Part shown: positions 45,922-57,120 of the stretch, one piece after another | Numbering within the stretch: position 1 is the stretch's first letter | Layout of the letters: every line of letters begins with the position of its first letter | Source: Porphyridium purpureum | Taxonomy: Eukaryota | Direction: 5' to 3' | Assembly (NCBI GenBank): GCA_008690995.1 | Contig: VRMN01000002.1 | Span: 558,001-622,000, forward strand | DNA: 64,000 nucleotides | Position numbers and translations under genes: made by a program | Notes under the pieces: model-generated | Told to the model about the DNA's origin: nothing | The model's input: only the letters and a program-made list of their open reading frames with translations | Database searches by the model: none

Positions 45922-47394
45922 ATGTCCAAAGTTATCGCGTTTGTGAACTCTGTGTCCGGAGGGCAGCGCGGCTCCGAAGCATTCGACATTCTCGTCTCTG
46001 CACTCGGGCAAGACCTTGTTTTTGACCTCAAGGCAGACAAAGGTCCTCTTCGAGGTTTATCTCTGCATGCTCCCCGCCAGCAGGACACCGTCGAGTCGCC
46101 TACAGGTGCAAAGGGCTCTGGCGCAAAATGTCCAGAAGTAAGGGCATTAGTTTGCGGTGGCGATGGAACATTTAATTGGGTCAGCTCCGTGGTTTTTAAA
46201 AATGCCTTCGATGTAGCATTGGTACCAGTGCCGCTGGGCACCGGAAACGATCTTGCCAGAGCTTTGGGTTGGGGATTCAAATATCCAGGCCCTGAGCGGC
46301 TTCGAGTGCTGATCAACACGGCGCGGGATGAGACCCACATCAGCTGGATCGATTTGTGGACAATTCATGTGCAGAAAAGCGAGGATGAGTTTTTGAAGGA
46401 TGATACTTTGAACAAAGGTGTGCATGTCGTACCCGCTGCCCCCACCAGCCAAGCTAGCTTTGCGAATTCTGGCAAAAAGCAATCGAAGAGGAGCGAAACA
46501 AAGAGCGAAGCTGGGATGCTTACGCCGCTGCGTGAAACATTCTGTAACTATTTGAGTTTTGGTGTGGACGCCCTGATTGAGCTCAAATTCAACGAAGGTC
46601 GCTGGAAAAACCCGGACAAGTACAAGTCACAAGGAATGAACATGGTAATGCACGGTGTGCATGGCGTGAAGCATATGGCTTTAGAATCCAAGGTGGCTTT
46701 GCGCAAGTGTTTGAAATATCTGAAAGTTGACGGACACGCCGTAGACATCCCGTCCAACATTCAGGCCCTTTTGTTTCTGAACATTACATCGTATGGAGCT
46801 GGCTCAAATCCGTGGGGTCGCTCGGAGAAAGAGAAGGGATCAGCCGTGGTGAATGATGGCATTTTGGAAATTGTTGGGCTCCGCTCTTTAAGCCATTTCA
46901 TCAGCCTTAAGCTGGGTATCAATGGAGTACGCATCGGTCAGGGCTCAGACATTGAAATGAGGATAGAAACGAATGCGAGCCACCCAATTCCTATGCAAGC
47001 AGACGGTGAACCTTGGGCTCAGAAGGGCTGCATACTTCGCATGTCGCATGGCATGCACGTGCCCACGTTTATCGGCCCGTGGCATGACGAAGCAGCCAAA
47101 ACAAGCGTACGTTTTGCGGATGAGTCCGAGTTCAAACCAAAGCCTTCCCTAAATTTGCGAAACGTTGATGTGACTGCACTGCAAGCTGAGATCACACAGA
47201 ATTATATGAAGAGTGGCGCTGCCATGCACGAAAGTCCTTCGGCATCTGCGGCTGCTACCAAAAAGAAGAACATGCATCGCCGCGCAAAAAGCCGGGAAGC
47301 CGAGGACCTGCCGGATGTTGAAGTTTTGCAGAAAGCTATGCTTGAAACTATCTCGACGGAGCAGGTTGACGCCTCCAGAAGAGATTCCATGTAG
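45922..47394 (+). CDS. DGK: Diacylglycerol kinase (catalytic and accessory domains)
   Basis: 'FVNSVSGG', 'GGDGT', 'PLGTGNDLARALGWG', 'NYLSFGVDA', 'NDGILEIVG', 'MQADGEPW'. Confidence 0.95.
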   Translation: MSKVIAFVNSVSGGQRGSEAFDILVSALGQDLVFDLKADKGPLRGLSLHAPRQQDTVESPTGAKGSGAKCPEVRALVCGGDGTFNWVSSVVFKNAFDVALVPVPLGTGNDLARALGWGFKYPGPERLRVLINTARDETHISWIDLWTIHVQKSEDEFLKDDTLNKGVHVVPAAPTSQASFANSGKKQSKRSETKSEAGMLTPLRETFCNYLSFGVDALIELKFNEGRWKNPDKYKSQGMNMVMHGVHGVKHMALESKVALRKCLKYLKVDGHAVDIPSNIQALLFLNITSYGAGSNPWGRSEKEKGSAVVNDGILEIVGLRSLSHFISLKLGINGVRIGQGSDIEMRIETNASHPIPMQADGEPWAQKGCILRMSHGMHVPTFIGPWHDEAAKTSVRFADESEFKPKPSLNLRNVDVTALQAEITQNYMKSGAAMHESPSASAAATKKKNMHRRAKSREAEDLPDVEVLQKAMLETISTEQVDASRRDSM

Positions 47395-48382
47395 CTTGCC
47401 CGAGCAAGAATAAGAAACTTTCCGCAACTCCTGCCTGTCAGATGAAAATTTGCGCTGCCTTTCTTGGCACGAAAAGTAATCAGAGATGCATGTGAGATGG
47501 TCTTCCTCTCAAGCATCGTTCCGAATCTCATTGCTTTCTGTTTTGGCGGTTGGTAATGGTACGAAGCAAATGTCGTAAAGCGCGGCGCCCGGCGCTGGAA
47601 GGCTTTGGTGTCCGTTGTCCGTTGTCCCATTTCGGTGCGCAGAGGTGGTGCCACTCAATACTTCAATCAAATCGTTTACGGCATGGCACGTCAAAGCGAT
47701 GCAGGTGCAGACTGCAGTGGCAAGTCCAGTGCGAACTGCCCGCGAGTCGTTGAAACCCACCGAGGGTTATGCTTCGCACCAAAAAAAGAAAGCTGATGGT
47801 TGCGTGCGCCCGTGGTATCATTTTAGCACGTCGTGGAGTGGTTCGTGGAAGAGTGGCCTTTCCAGCGGGAACACGTTCGCGTGTTCGAATCCAGCTGTAC
47901 ATCCACGCGTGTGAAGCGCTGTGTGCCGGTCCAAGAGCAAGGTGCTACCTTTGGCCTTCTGGATTTCGATCTGACTGGGCTCACGTTTGGTTGACGAAAA
48001 CGTTTCCTCTATGTAAATGCCCCGCTGTGCCAGCGCCACTGCATCCCCTCGTCTCATGCGCCGCGCATCCACACTCGCACACACGCGTCGCATGAGGACC
48101 TCGGCTCGTCGGAGAAGCCATGCCACGTTGCATGACTTCTTCAAGCATGGAACATTCTATCAGAACAGCCTGTTTTGATAGGCAACCTGTGCAACTCAGT
48201 ATTTGATTGCTACAGACAGTCGAAGAGGCCGGCCGAACCGGCGGTAAACCAAGGGCGTGGTTCGGCGCGGCCCTTCCCCCAGCTTGAAGCTGGGTAAGCG
48301 TCCGCCTGCCTCGGCCTCGTGTCGATCGCGCTCCCTGAACCATTCTGTTCAGACTGTTTCTGGAAAGCCAAGTCCGGAGCAC

Positions 48383-50509
48383 ATGGAAGCGTGGTGTGCC
48401 CTTTCAGGGCACGTGTGGAGCCCCCAGAGTCGACCTCTTCGATCGAGCAAGACAGCGCAGACGGCGCCGCATTCGAATAGCCCGCTAGCCCCCCAATTCG
48501 GACGCTTGCCACGAGGAGTACGCGCAGCTCGCACGCATCGCCAGCAGCGGGCGGTCTGCGAGAGTGAGAAGCATCAAGCTAGTATGCATCCTGGCAACGC
48601 CGGGAACGTGGAGAATCAGGCCAGCAAAAGCATCGAACCCATTCCGTCTGATCAGGACGCGGTTTTCTCCACCGCGAATGGGAATGAACGCGAGGGATAC
48701 GAGCCTGACCATCTGCGAAGCTCTTTGATGACTTTGGGCTTGTCTAACGTGGATGATTTGACATGGAGCAGGACCGGGTCACTGAATGTTTCAGATCATG
48801 CGACGCCCAATGCGCCAGAGTCCACGCTCTACTACGACAACAATCATTTCATGAACATGCGTCTTGACAAGGTTGCAAGGCAAGACTTTGTCAGAGCGTT
48901 CCGCATGAGTTCACCGTACATCATCTCGTTTCGAGGGAGTGTGTTTGTGATACATATTCCTGGAGTCCTTGTCGACGAACCTGTGTTTGAGTCTACGCTC
49001 GCAGACATTGCTCTGCTTTCTTTTGTAGGCATTCGCATTGTGCTGGTTATTGGTACCAAGATGCAGGTTGAACGAGAGTTGCGCAGGAGGAAGATCCCTG
49101 CCAGATTTGTGAATGATGTCCGGATCACCACGCGCGCGGTAATGGAAGTTGTAAAGAGTGCCGCGGGAGACCTCCTTTTCGAGGTCGAAAGTAAGCTGAA
49201 CCGTGCCAACTACACTTCGAAATTCTCGTCGCGGGTGAGTGTGGTGACGGGAAGTTTTTATTCCGCACAGCCGGTCGGAGTTATCGACGGTGTTGACTGC
49301 GGTTATACTGGCAGTGTACGGGACGTCGAGGTTGAGCTCGTGAACGAAAGACTAAGGAATGGCGATTTGCTTCTGCTTTCGAATGTTGGTGTTTCTCCGT
49401 CTGGAGAAATATTTAACTGCCTCTCGGAGCAGGTTGCGTCGGAAGTTGCCATCCAGTTGCAAGCGGAGAAGGTCATCTATTTGAAGGGGCAAGAAATCCT
49501 GTATGATCCTTTGACTGGTTCGCAGCAAGCTAACATATCTTTGCGGCAGGCGGAGGCATTTGTTCAACAGAATGGAGATTCGATTCCGAAGCATTTCCGG
49601 TTGTTGTTGGATGAGAGTATTCGAGCTTTGCGAGGAGGCACGCGGCGCGCCCACCTTTTGAATCGCTTTTCGGACGGAGTCATACCGATGGAAATCTTTC
49701 ATCGTGATGGGGTGGGTCTTATGATTACGCGGAATGTTTATGAAGGTTTGCGTATTGCGGGACCCCAAGATGTAACGCAGCTTTTTGAGTTACTGGCGCC
49801 TCTGGCGTCACAAGGAATTCTTCCCTCCTTTTCCCTTGATGGCATTGAAAAGGAGATTGATTCATTTGTGGTCCTGCAGAGAGAGGGAACTATTATTGCA
49901 TGCATCCAATTTTTATTTTCCAGTCAGGAATTTGAGATTTGTGACGATGCTTTCTGCTCAGTGTCGCGTATTGGCGAAATAAGGTGCGTTGGGGTACATC
50001 CCGACTACAGGAATCAGGGCAAGGCGCTGATTCTACTCTCCTGGATTGAAAGGCAAGCCATTGCCAGGGGAGTGAAGTTGTTGATGGTGTCCTCTTCGCT
50101 TGCCAGCGCATGGTGGTTTGTTGACCGTGGATACAGGGAAGCTGAGGTCAGCAGCTTGAGCAATCACAAGAAAGTCTTGAAGAACACGTGTCGCATAGCG
50201 CCGATTAAGCCAAGCGAGTCCCATGGTGGGTCCTTCGTCGACCGTAGCGAAGCTGCTCTTGTGATCTTCAGGTCGACATCGAAAGGACTGGGATCGGAAA
50301 GAGAACCTGCGGGTGAGCCAAATCGTGACGTTATGGCCAGTGAGGATGACAAGAGCTGGGTTGGCGATTCTCTGGGGCATCAGCACCCCGACGCTTCACA
50401 GGACGATGGCGGGGATGAGATAGATGGGTTCCAGACCCCGCGCATGTACGTGAAGCTACTAGAGAGCGAACGCCTTGTTGACGAGGAGGATCTGTTGGGC
50501 CGGCTTTGA
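48383..50509 (+). CDS. NAGS: N-acetylglutamate synthase (ArgA-type, AAK + GNAT), plastid-targeted
   Basis: 'FRMSSPYI..FRG..FVI', 'AQPVGVIDGVD.GYTG.V', 'SPSGEIFN', 'EIFHRDGVG', GNAT 'VHPDYRNQGK'. Confidence 0.93.
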   Translation: MEAWCALSGHVWSPQSRPLRSSKTAQTAPHSNSPLAPQFGRLPRGVRAARTHRQQRAVCESEKHQASMHPGNAGNVENQASKSIEPIPSDQDAVFSTANGNEREGYEPDHLRSSLMTLGLSNVDDLTWSRTGSLNVSDHATPNAPESTLYYDNNHFMNMRLDKVARQDFVRAFRMSSPYIISFRGSVFVIHIPGVLVDEPVFESTLADIALLSFVGIRIVLVIGTKMQVERELRRRKIPARFVNDVRITTRAVMEVVKSAAGDLLFEVESKLNRANYTSKFSSRVSVVTGSFYSAQPVGVIDGVDCGYTGSVRDVEVELVNERLRNGDLLLLSNVGVSPSGEIFNCLSEQVASEVAIQLQAEKVIYLKGQEILYDPLTGSQQANISLRQAEAFVQQNGDSIPKHFRLLLDESIRALRGGTRRAHLLNRFSDGVIPMEIFHRDGVGLMITRNVYEGLRIAGPQDVTQLFELLAPLASQGILPSFSLDGIEKEIDSFVVLQREGTIIACIQFLFSSQEFEICDDAFCSVSRIGEIRCVGVHPDYRNQGKALILLSWIERQAIARGVKLLMVSSSLASAWWFVDRGYREAEVSSLSNHKKVLKNTCRIAPIKPSESHGGSFVDRSEAALVIFRSTSKGLGSEREPAGEPNRDVMASEDDKSWVGDSLGHQHPDASQDDGGDEIDGFQTPRMYVKLLESERLVDEEDLLGRL

Positions 50510-50877
50510 GCTGTGTCCAGGTCCCTCCCGTTGGTCTCAGTTGCCGGGTTATCGTCCAGCGATCGGATGCGGTCGGATTCCGTTTTCCGGAGTCTGAAGC
50601 TGGGAGTTATTGGGAGAAGTATGTGCGACTTGCACCGCCGCTTGTTCACACCACGGGCGCGAGAAAAGTCGTGTCCACCACGCCGATCCGTACGTTGAGC
50701 AGCTGCTGGTGACAGTCCAACTCGGTTCCCTTCCGCACAGATATGGAGCGTGTCTAGGGTTAAGAAAATTTAGTAAAGTCGCGTGAGCGTGTTGACACCT
50801 GCGTTTGCGCAAAGGGGGTGACAGGGGGTGACGGGGGGTGGTCTTGCACGTCGTGACGCATTGCACAGAAGAAGAGA

Positions 50878-51912
50878 ATGAGCTCGCGAACTGTGTGGAT
50901 TGCAGTGATCGTGAGCGTGATTCTCCTCTTGGCGCTTGCTATCGTTTTCGAGTTTTCGCCAACAGGTGCTCTGTCCGAGATTCGCGCGTCGGCATGTCGT
51001 TCCATGTCGACGCACACACTTCCGAACGCAAATGATACTCCGATCGAGACCCTTCGGCCTTCCGCACCAACACCGTCTGTGCCGAAACGAAAATTTGCGT
51101 ATGCTCTCTTGTCGTACGGGAATGACTACAGAAATCAGATATGTCCGGCGTACGTGGCCGCGCAAGCGATCAGGCAGGCCGACCCGGACCCAGATAGACC
51201 GATCATCATCCTTCGCATCGCGCCGCTACCGCAAGGTATAGATCCGCCTCTCGGAGACGAGAGGGTCTCGATACGCTACGTCAAACCGGCAAAGTCAAAA
51301 GGACGGTATGGATGGGTGGAAACGTACAGCAAATTCCGAATTGTCGAGTTCGAGGAGTTTGACGCGGTTGCACTTCTCGATTTTGATGTAATGCTCCGCC
51401 GACCTCTCACACCACTATTCGAGCTTTCTCAAGTCACGGGAAATACGATTGTGGCGCCGAGAGCATACTTTATTGATCAGCCGTATTGGATGTCCGGAGG
51501 CCCGCTCGTTATCACGCCTACGTCTGATCTGCAAAGTGCGTTTCGTGGTGTCTTGGAAGAAGGAGGTTACTTTGGACCCGGCGAAATGGACTGGTTCAAC
51601 AAGGATCCGAATGTCACCGACCAGGTGGAAGCCGTCAGCGGGTTTTGGACCCTCCTGGTCGGCGAATTTTTTCCGGGGGACAAGATCTACAAGTACTGGG
51701 GGTCCAAGCTTGGTTTAAGCCCATCCATGGTGTACGAGCGCGCCTTTCTGTTTCACTTCATTGCCACATGGAAGCCATGGTCGAACGGCATTGGCGAAGC
51801 GAAAGGCCGTGTGACGCCCGAGCTCCGGCGCGCATACCGCGAGTGGAACGAATTGCGAAAGGTTGCGTGCCCGCAGATGAGCGACCATGTTCCGGGCTAC
51901 CGCGTGGAGTAG
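50878..51912 (+). CDS. Type II membrane glycosyltransferase, GT8/glycogenin-like
   Basis: N-terminal TM helix, 'FAYALL', 'TYSKFRI...FDAVALLDFD' (DxD), 'APRAYF', 'HFIATWKPW'. Confidence 0.85.
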   Translation: MSSRTVWIAVIVSVILLLALAIVFEFSPTGALSEIRASACRSMSTHTLPNANDTPIETLRPSAPTPSVPKRKFAYALLSYGNDYRNQICPAYVAAQAIRQADPDPDRPIIILRIAPLPQGIDPPLGDERVSIRYVKPAKSKGRYGWVETYSKFRIVEFEEFDAVALLDFDVMLRRPLTPLFELSQVTGNTIVAPRAYFIDQPYWMSGGPLVITPTSDLQSAFRGVLEEGGYFGPGEMDWFNKDPNVTDQVEAVSGFWTLLVGEFFPGDKIYKYWGSKLGLSPSMVYERAFLFHFIATWKPWSNGIGEAKGRVTPELRRAYREWNELRKVACPQMSDHVPGYRVE

Positions 51913-52303
51913 AACTACGCAGCACGCGTTCTGGACCAGAGCGCACGGAAATGCATGCGTGCGCAAGCGCGCCAGATGCATCGGAACAACGCCTGCGCGT
52001 CTGCGCGCGTCTATTTAACTGTACTCAAACAGTACCCCTGTAAAATCATTAGCAAGCAGTTCTTGAAAATTAGCATGTCACACAGGAACCGAGCGGAGTG
52101 GCCGCGCTCTGAGGGGGAGGGCGACCGGTTTGCTGCGCCTCCTGCAAGGCCCGTGAGACTTGTGCACGAGAGCAGTAGCGCGCCGCCTTTGTCATTCGCT
52201 GAAGCATTCTTCTGTGGGCGTTGATCGGGGCATCGATTCTCATTCGTGGCCCCGCGGTTGAGATCCACAGAATCCCCGCGCCGACGCCGCTGCGCGCCCG
52301 TAG

Positions 52304-54535
52304 CAAGAGTTGGTGCTTGATAAGCCCTGTGAGATGGTCAGTTTCGGTCCAAGCGGCTTGCGTCCGCGTAAGCGCGTTAAGCGCGTATCCGAGCTTGGTG
52401 CAGTCGAGTTTGAGGCGAGTGGCGCCGAGCTCATGGATATTCAAGCCGCAGAATGGGCAGACGCCTTGGTAAACAAAGCCCAGCGAGGTCACAATTCGGA
52501 CGAGGTCGCGCGCCTCGATGGCTTGGCCACCCATCCCTTCGAAAGCGCTGTAGAGGTGGGAAAGTCGATTGACGCTGCATTGGTTGAGGTCAGTAGCCTG
52601 GTAGAGTCACTTGGTGCATCGATTGGCGCTGTCGACAAAGTCAGTGCGTCGCAACACAAGGCGCAGCCGCAAGGACAGCTGTCTCAGTTTCAGATTTTGA
52701 ACATGCTAGCTGTGGAAACAAAACATGAGCGTTCCCATCATCGAGCAGAGTTGGCAGTGTCTGCCAAGTCGGCAGCTCTGAAACGAGCCGCACAGACTCT
52801 AAAGCATCGTAAAAAGGAATTGGAGTCGTGGGTTCAAGTGCAGCACTCCAGATCTGAATCCTTGCTTTCGCTGCGGCATCTGGCGGGCGGCCTGGGTAAT
52901 CTCCATGTCTCTGAGAGCGGGGCGGGCTCTATATCCTTGAAAGTGTTCGAGAGCGCGGGCGTCAGTTATAGGTTGGGTTCAGAACCAAGCAACTCGAACG
53001 TGCCTTTGACCTCAGCCTTGACGACACATCCAGATCCTTGTCTTCATCTTGTTCTGCAGGGTGATGAGCAGCATCAGCCATCCGCGTACCATCTGACTGC
53101 ATCTCTCGCTGACGCAGGGATCCTCCCGGGCCATTCGGGAAATGTGCATCAGTACGACGTCGACCAAGCTCTGAACGAAGCCTTCACTCCAAATTTAAGT
53201 GCCTTGTCGCTGTCCGAAGAGAACGAGTCTCAAAGTGAGAACGCGGGCGGTGTCACTAGGAATATTGACCGCATTGTCAGCGTGATCCGAGGGCGCCGCG
53301 TGGAGCAATGCTATCGTGAGCTATTCAAAGATATCATAGAGGAGATTTGCCAGTCTGGGAGAGAGGAATCATCGGAAGCTCATACTCGTACGTTCAACGT
53401 CGCCTCTATTGGGGCGGATGAGTTGGTCATGGGCTGCGGGAGTATGGATCAAGCCCTCGCTCTTCGTGCAGTGCAAAGGTCATTCAACACCAGCGCATTG
53501 GTTGAGACAAGCGGAGTGCCTTCTGAGAATCCGATTCTCGCATTGGGTCCGCTTGTCCGAATGCTCTTACTGTCATCCTACGCCCAGCATGAGTTTGGCC
53601 ACGGAAGCTCACCAAGAAGCGTTCGAATGGGTAATGTGGAAGGTGCACTGGAAAGTGTCAGTCAAATGGTCTCGTATTTGGTTGCAATCGATGCCATGTA
53701 CCAGATGCTTGTGTACTGTTGCGAGAAAATGCGGGTTCATGTTCGATGGATTCGTTCTCTTGACATGCTCCTGGAGAAAGGGGATCGGGGCCGAATGCCA
53801 CATCTTGGATTCGCTGCTCAGATCTGGGCGACTGCTTATGATGGAGATGGAACTAGCGCCCTTTTGGGCACTGTGTATGTGAATCCATTTAAGCTAGAGC
53901 CAGATTTCCAAGGCACCTCTGAAGGAGTCGGCGCTCGCTGTACTGATTGGGTACAGTTTTTTCCTGCCCTCAGCTTGGCAATGATCAAGAGCTGGAGCGT
54001 GGAAGCGCAAATGCCGCGCTCTATGCCGCGAGATCTTCTGGCTCACGACGATCCTCGTTCAGCAGCGTTGGCAAACGATGCACCCCGCTCGGTTCAAATT
54101 TTCCACGGTATTCGCTCCACCGAATCGTGGAACAAACTGACGCCTGCAGACTCCCAGCTTCCGGATATGATAAGCATTTTGCTGTGTGTTCGTTTGCTAG
54201 ACGAACTCGAGGTCGCGTCTCGGTACTCCGTCCCGTACGTTTTTGATATTGATCGACAAGGATTTTCCATTCTTGTGTGCGACCTGGCCCACCGGTCTAT
54301 ACTCGGAAAAGTGCGTCCGGGTGGCGGAGCCAAGCGCCCGCACTTGACGGTGTACCTCAACTACAAGGAGGACACTGATCAGCAGACTCAGGTGGATCTA
54401 CCAGCGACAGATTTTACCGATCAAGAAGAAGGCCGAATCGGAAAGTGGATGGATCTGCTAAGCGAAATGGTCCGACACCCTTTCGCGAATCTTGATGATG
54501 TGCGTGCGGGACTTGTGCCTAGGTTAGGCGCGTAA
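52304..54535 (+). CDS. MED17: Mediator subunit 17-like protein (N-terminus uncertain)
   Basis: Recalled similarity to MED17 helices: 'AALVEVSSLVESL' and 'KSAALKRAAQTLK...SESLLSLR'. First ATG is at 52334 but the frame is open from 52304. Confidence 0.6.
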   Translation, partial: QELVLDKPCEMVSFGPSGLRPRKRVKRVSELGAVEFEASGAELMDIQAAEWADALVNKAQRGHNSDEVARLDGLATHPFESAVEVGKSIDAALVEVSSLVESLGASIGAVDKVSASQHKAQPQGQLSQFQILNMLAVETKHERSHHRAELAVSAKSAALKRAAQTLKHRKKELESWVQVQHSRSESLLSLRHLAGGLGNLHVSESGAGSISLKVFESAGVSYRLGSEPSNSNVPLTSALTTHPDPCLHLVLQGDEQHQPSAYHLTASLADAGILPGHSGNVHQYDVDQALNEAFTPNLSALSLSEENESQSENAGGVTRNIDRIVSVIRGRRVEQCYRELFKDIIEEICQSGREESSEAHTRTFNVASIGADELVMGCGSMDQALALRAVQRSFNTSALVETSGVPSENPILALGPLVRMLLLSSYAQHEFGHGSSPRSVRMGNVEGALESVSQMVSYLVAIDAMYQMLVYCCEKMRVHVRWIRSLDMLLEKGDRGRMPHLGFAAQIWATAYDGDGTSALLGTVYVNPFKLEPDFQGTSEGVGARCTDWVQFFPALSLAMIKSWSVEAQMPRSMPRDLLAHDDPRSAALANDAPRSVQIFHGIRSTESWNKLTPADSQLPDMISILLCVRLLDELEVASRYSVPYVFDIDRQGFSILVCDLAHRSILGKVRPGGGAKRPHLTVYLNYKEDTDQQTQVDLPATDFTDQEEGRIGKWMDLLSEMVRHPFANLDDVRAGLVPRLGA

Positions 54536-54622
54536 GGGCCAAATCGAAAATTTTCTCCAAAAAAAAAAAAGGAAAAAAAAAACAAAAAAACGACAACATC
54601 GACAGCAATAGAATGGAACCTG

Positions 54623-57120
54623 TCAGACTAAGCTACGTTTGAGCAGTTGAATTTCGAATGGTATGGCTCCGAGCTCATCAAAGATTTCAACCTGCACCAT
54701 CGAATGCTGACCAGAAGTCATGAGGAAGCGCGGAATACGGTACAGCGACTGAGTGGGGCTTCCATGTGAGACGTGCTGTATCGGAGATCCTTCAAGAAAG
54801 CCCACAGGGGGGTTTACGCCGGCGACCAGCCAGTATCGTCCTATGTCGATTCCGTTCACCCGAATGAAGCCCTTCGCCATTCCAAACATAGCGAGCACGT
54901 AGTCTTCGTCTGGTCTTTCTTCTGCGCTAAGGTTCAGCTCGGTGTAAAACCAGCGCGGTCGCACAGCATGCATGGCTTTTCTCGAAGAATCGATGGCCAA
55001 ATACTGTTTCATCGCTGCGCGCCTCTCACTGTCAGCAGAAGCTCCGCTGTCCATCAGCAACGGGGTGACCATCCAATCATCGGCCGGAATTTCGATCGTT
55101 TGAAAATGATCTTTGTCTTCCGAAACCAATACCATGAAATTCGGGAATGGATAAATGCCTTTCCTTTCATGAACCATGTTCGAATTCTTTCCAAGCTGCC
55201 AGTCTCCCTTGACCATCCCTAGAGAGCAGCACAAGACCTGAAGCTGAAAGTCAGTAGTCCCAAGACCATCTCCGAGAAGCTCGTTCAGAGGCAGACTGCA
55301 ATCAATGTTATGAGAAAATCCAGGTTCAACGCTATGCCTAGTCCAAGCATTATTCATGCGGTCTTCAAAAAGAGGCTCTTGCGAGCTTCCCAGGTAGCAC
55401 CCATTCAAAAAAATACGCAGGAGGTCTGCACCTTCGCAGCGAAACGACAATCTGGTCTTTTCAGTAACCATGCGGGAGTCGAACTTCAAAGGAGTTGTAT
55501 ACCAAGCGTAATCACTCGAATTTTGAGTGAGGGAAATAAGATCTGCGTCTTCCAAGCCCCAATGCGGCGCGGGAGGACTGCGTTCTGAAATGCTCGTATC
55601 GCTGCGAGAGCGCCACGACATAGGAAAGGCTTCTTCGGCAACCATCCACTCCTTTCCGAAGTTCGGGACTGCCTCAAGTTGGACAGACAGGCTTCGCGCC
55701 TCCGGGCTCAAAACAGAGGTGTCAAACAAAACCTCGATTGGCTTGTCACCCGACTTGCGTGCAATCTGGACACTGCGTGGCCTGACAAGAACTTGGGTGT
55801 CTAGAACTAACGTCGTGCACAGCTCATGACTATCATTGCACAAAAACACAAGACTCCATCCTAAAGTGTTGGGGTGCTGCCATTCAAAACAAGACAACGA
55901 GTCATTTGGACGGCTCACATCCGGACGTGCATTTCCTCTGTCCAATTGAAGGTACTCGACATGATCAAGCAACACTTTGTGCATTGCTGCCAGATGCAAC
56001 GACTTTTCCGTGTCGTTCCCGAACTCATCGAGCGGTTCGTCATAGTCGTATGATGTTGCTTGCAGGTACATGGTTGAGTTGCGTGTTCGGTTTGTGCCCC
56101 CATAGTACATGTAGTAATTCACGGCGCTCCCGCCTTCGGCGAAAAAGCGCGCCGAGGCATACACGAGATCTTGGGACGACCGAACATGATGCGGTGAACC
56201 CCAGACATCATACCAACCGGTCCACGCTTCTGTCCATACAGCAGGCTGCTCTGGATGCTCGCGCTGATGCCTTTCAAACTGCTCGTGACCGTAAAACGCA
56301 TTGATAGTCTCTAGAGCGCTACCTGTGGAGCCAAAACACATAATCATCGGCACATGCAAGTCGAATTTGAGCTTCAGTCCGGCGACCCATTCCAAATATC
56401 GCGCTCCGTCCGCCCCATACCCTTCCGAGACCATAGAGTATTCGTTTTCAAGCTGGACGAGGATCACCGGACCGCCTTGATCAGCGGTCATGGAGTGAAC
56501 CTGCATGCGCTCCGCAAGACAGTCCAGCCACATGTCAACTGCACGACGGTCGAAAAGATAAGGGAAAGAAAAGCGAAAACGAAATCACGAGCAACATGTT
56601 AGTATGACTCTTCAGATCCACCCTGCCTGGATGGCCAAGCTTGACTACAGGAGTGCAGAAAACTACGCAACCTGGCGCTCCGTGCATGGAATCAAAACGT
56701 TCAAGCGAGGACTTGAAACATACCTGCGCGCATGAAAGGCTCGTTATACGTCCGAAACATGATTCCCGGCACATCTCGGAGTCTGCTCGGAAAGCCACCG
56801 AAGTTGGCCTCTGCGCATACGTACGGCCCAATGCGAAGGATCACGAACAAGCCGTGCTTCTGTGCACTCTTGCAAAATCCAAACAAGTCTTTGTAGCCGC
56901 TGAAATCGTAGGTGATACTTCCGTTGTCGTTGAGGACTTCGTGTTCGTTCCAGAATACGTAAGTGTCCACGCAGTTCAGCCCATTCTTCCGCATGCGTGC
57001 GAAAATTCCGTGCCACTCGGACGGGTGTGTCCGCGGGTAGTGCACAGACCCGCTGACCAAGAGCACGGGTGTGCCACCAACGGAGATGCTTCTCCTGCTG
57101 TACGTGACCACGGTCGCCAT
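54623..57120 (-). CDS. Beta-galactosidase, GH35; exons 57120-56724 and 56538-54623 (770 aa)
   Basis: Exon 1 has 'SGSVHYPR', 'TYVFWNEHE', 'LRIGPYVCAE'. Exon 2 has 'QLENEY', 'WTEAWTGWY', 'NYYMYYGGTN', 'SYDYDEPLDE'. Splicing restores the frame (FMRA-V-DMW). Confidence 0.95.
56539..56723 (-). other. Spliceosomal intron, 185 nt
   Basis: GTATGT donor, TACTAAC branch point (56598-56604), polypyrimidine tract, CAG acceptor. Confidence 0.93.

Noticed and set aside
47825..47900. tRNA-like signal (AGTGGTT...GTTCGAATCC)
   Set aside because: The T-stem and acceptor stem do not pair. Only an isolated hairpin GAACACG-TTCG-CGTGTTC (47869-47886) is present.
54559..54590. A-rich runs here and at ~58663-58682 and ~59012-59026 as retroposon tails
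   Set aside because: There is no TSD or element body. They lie in 3' UTR or intron positions and fit U-rich processing or pyrimidine tracts.
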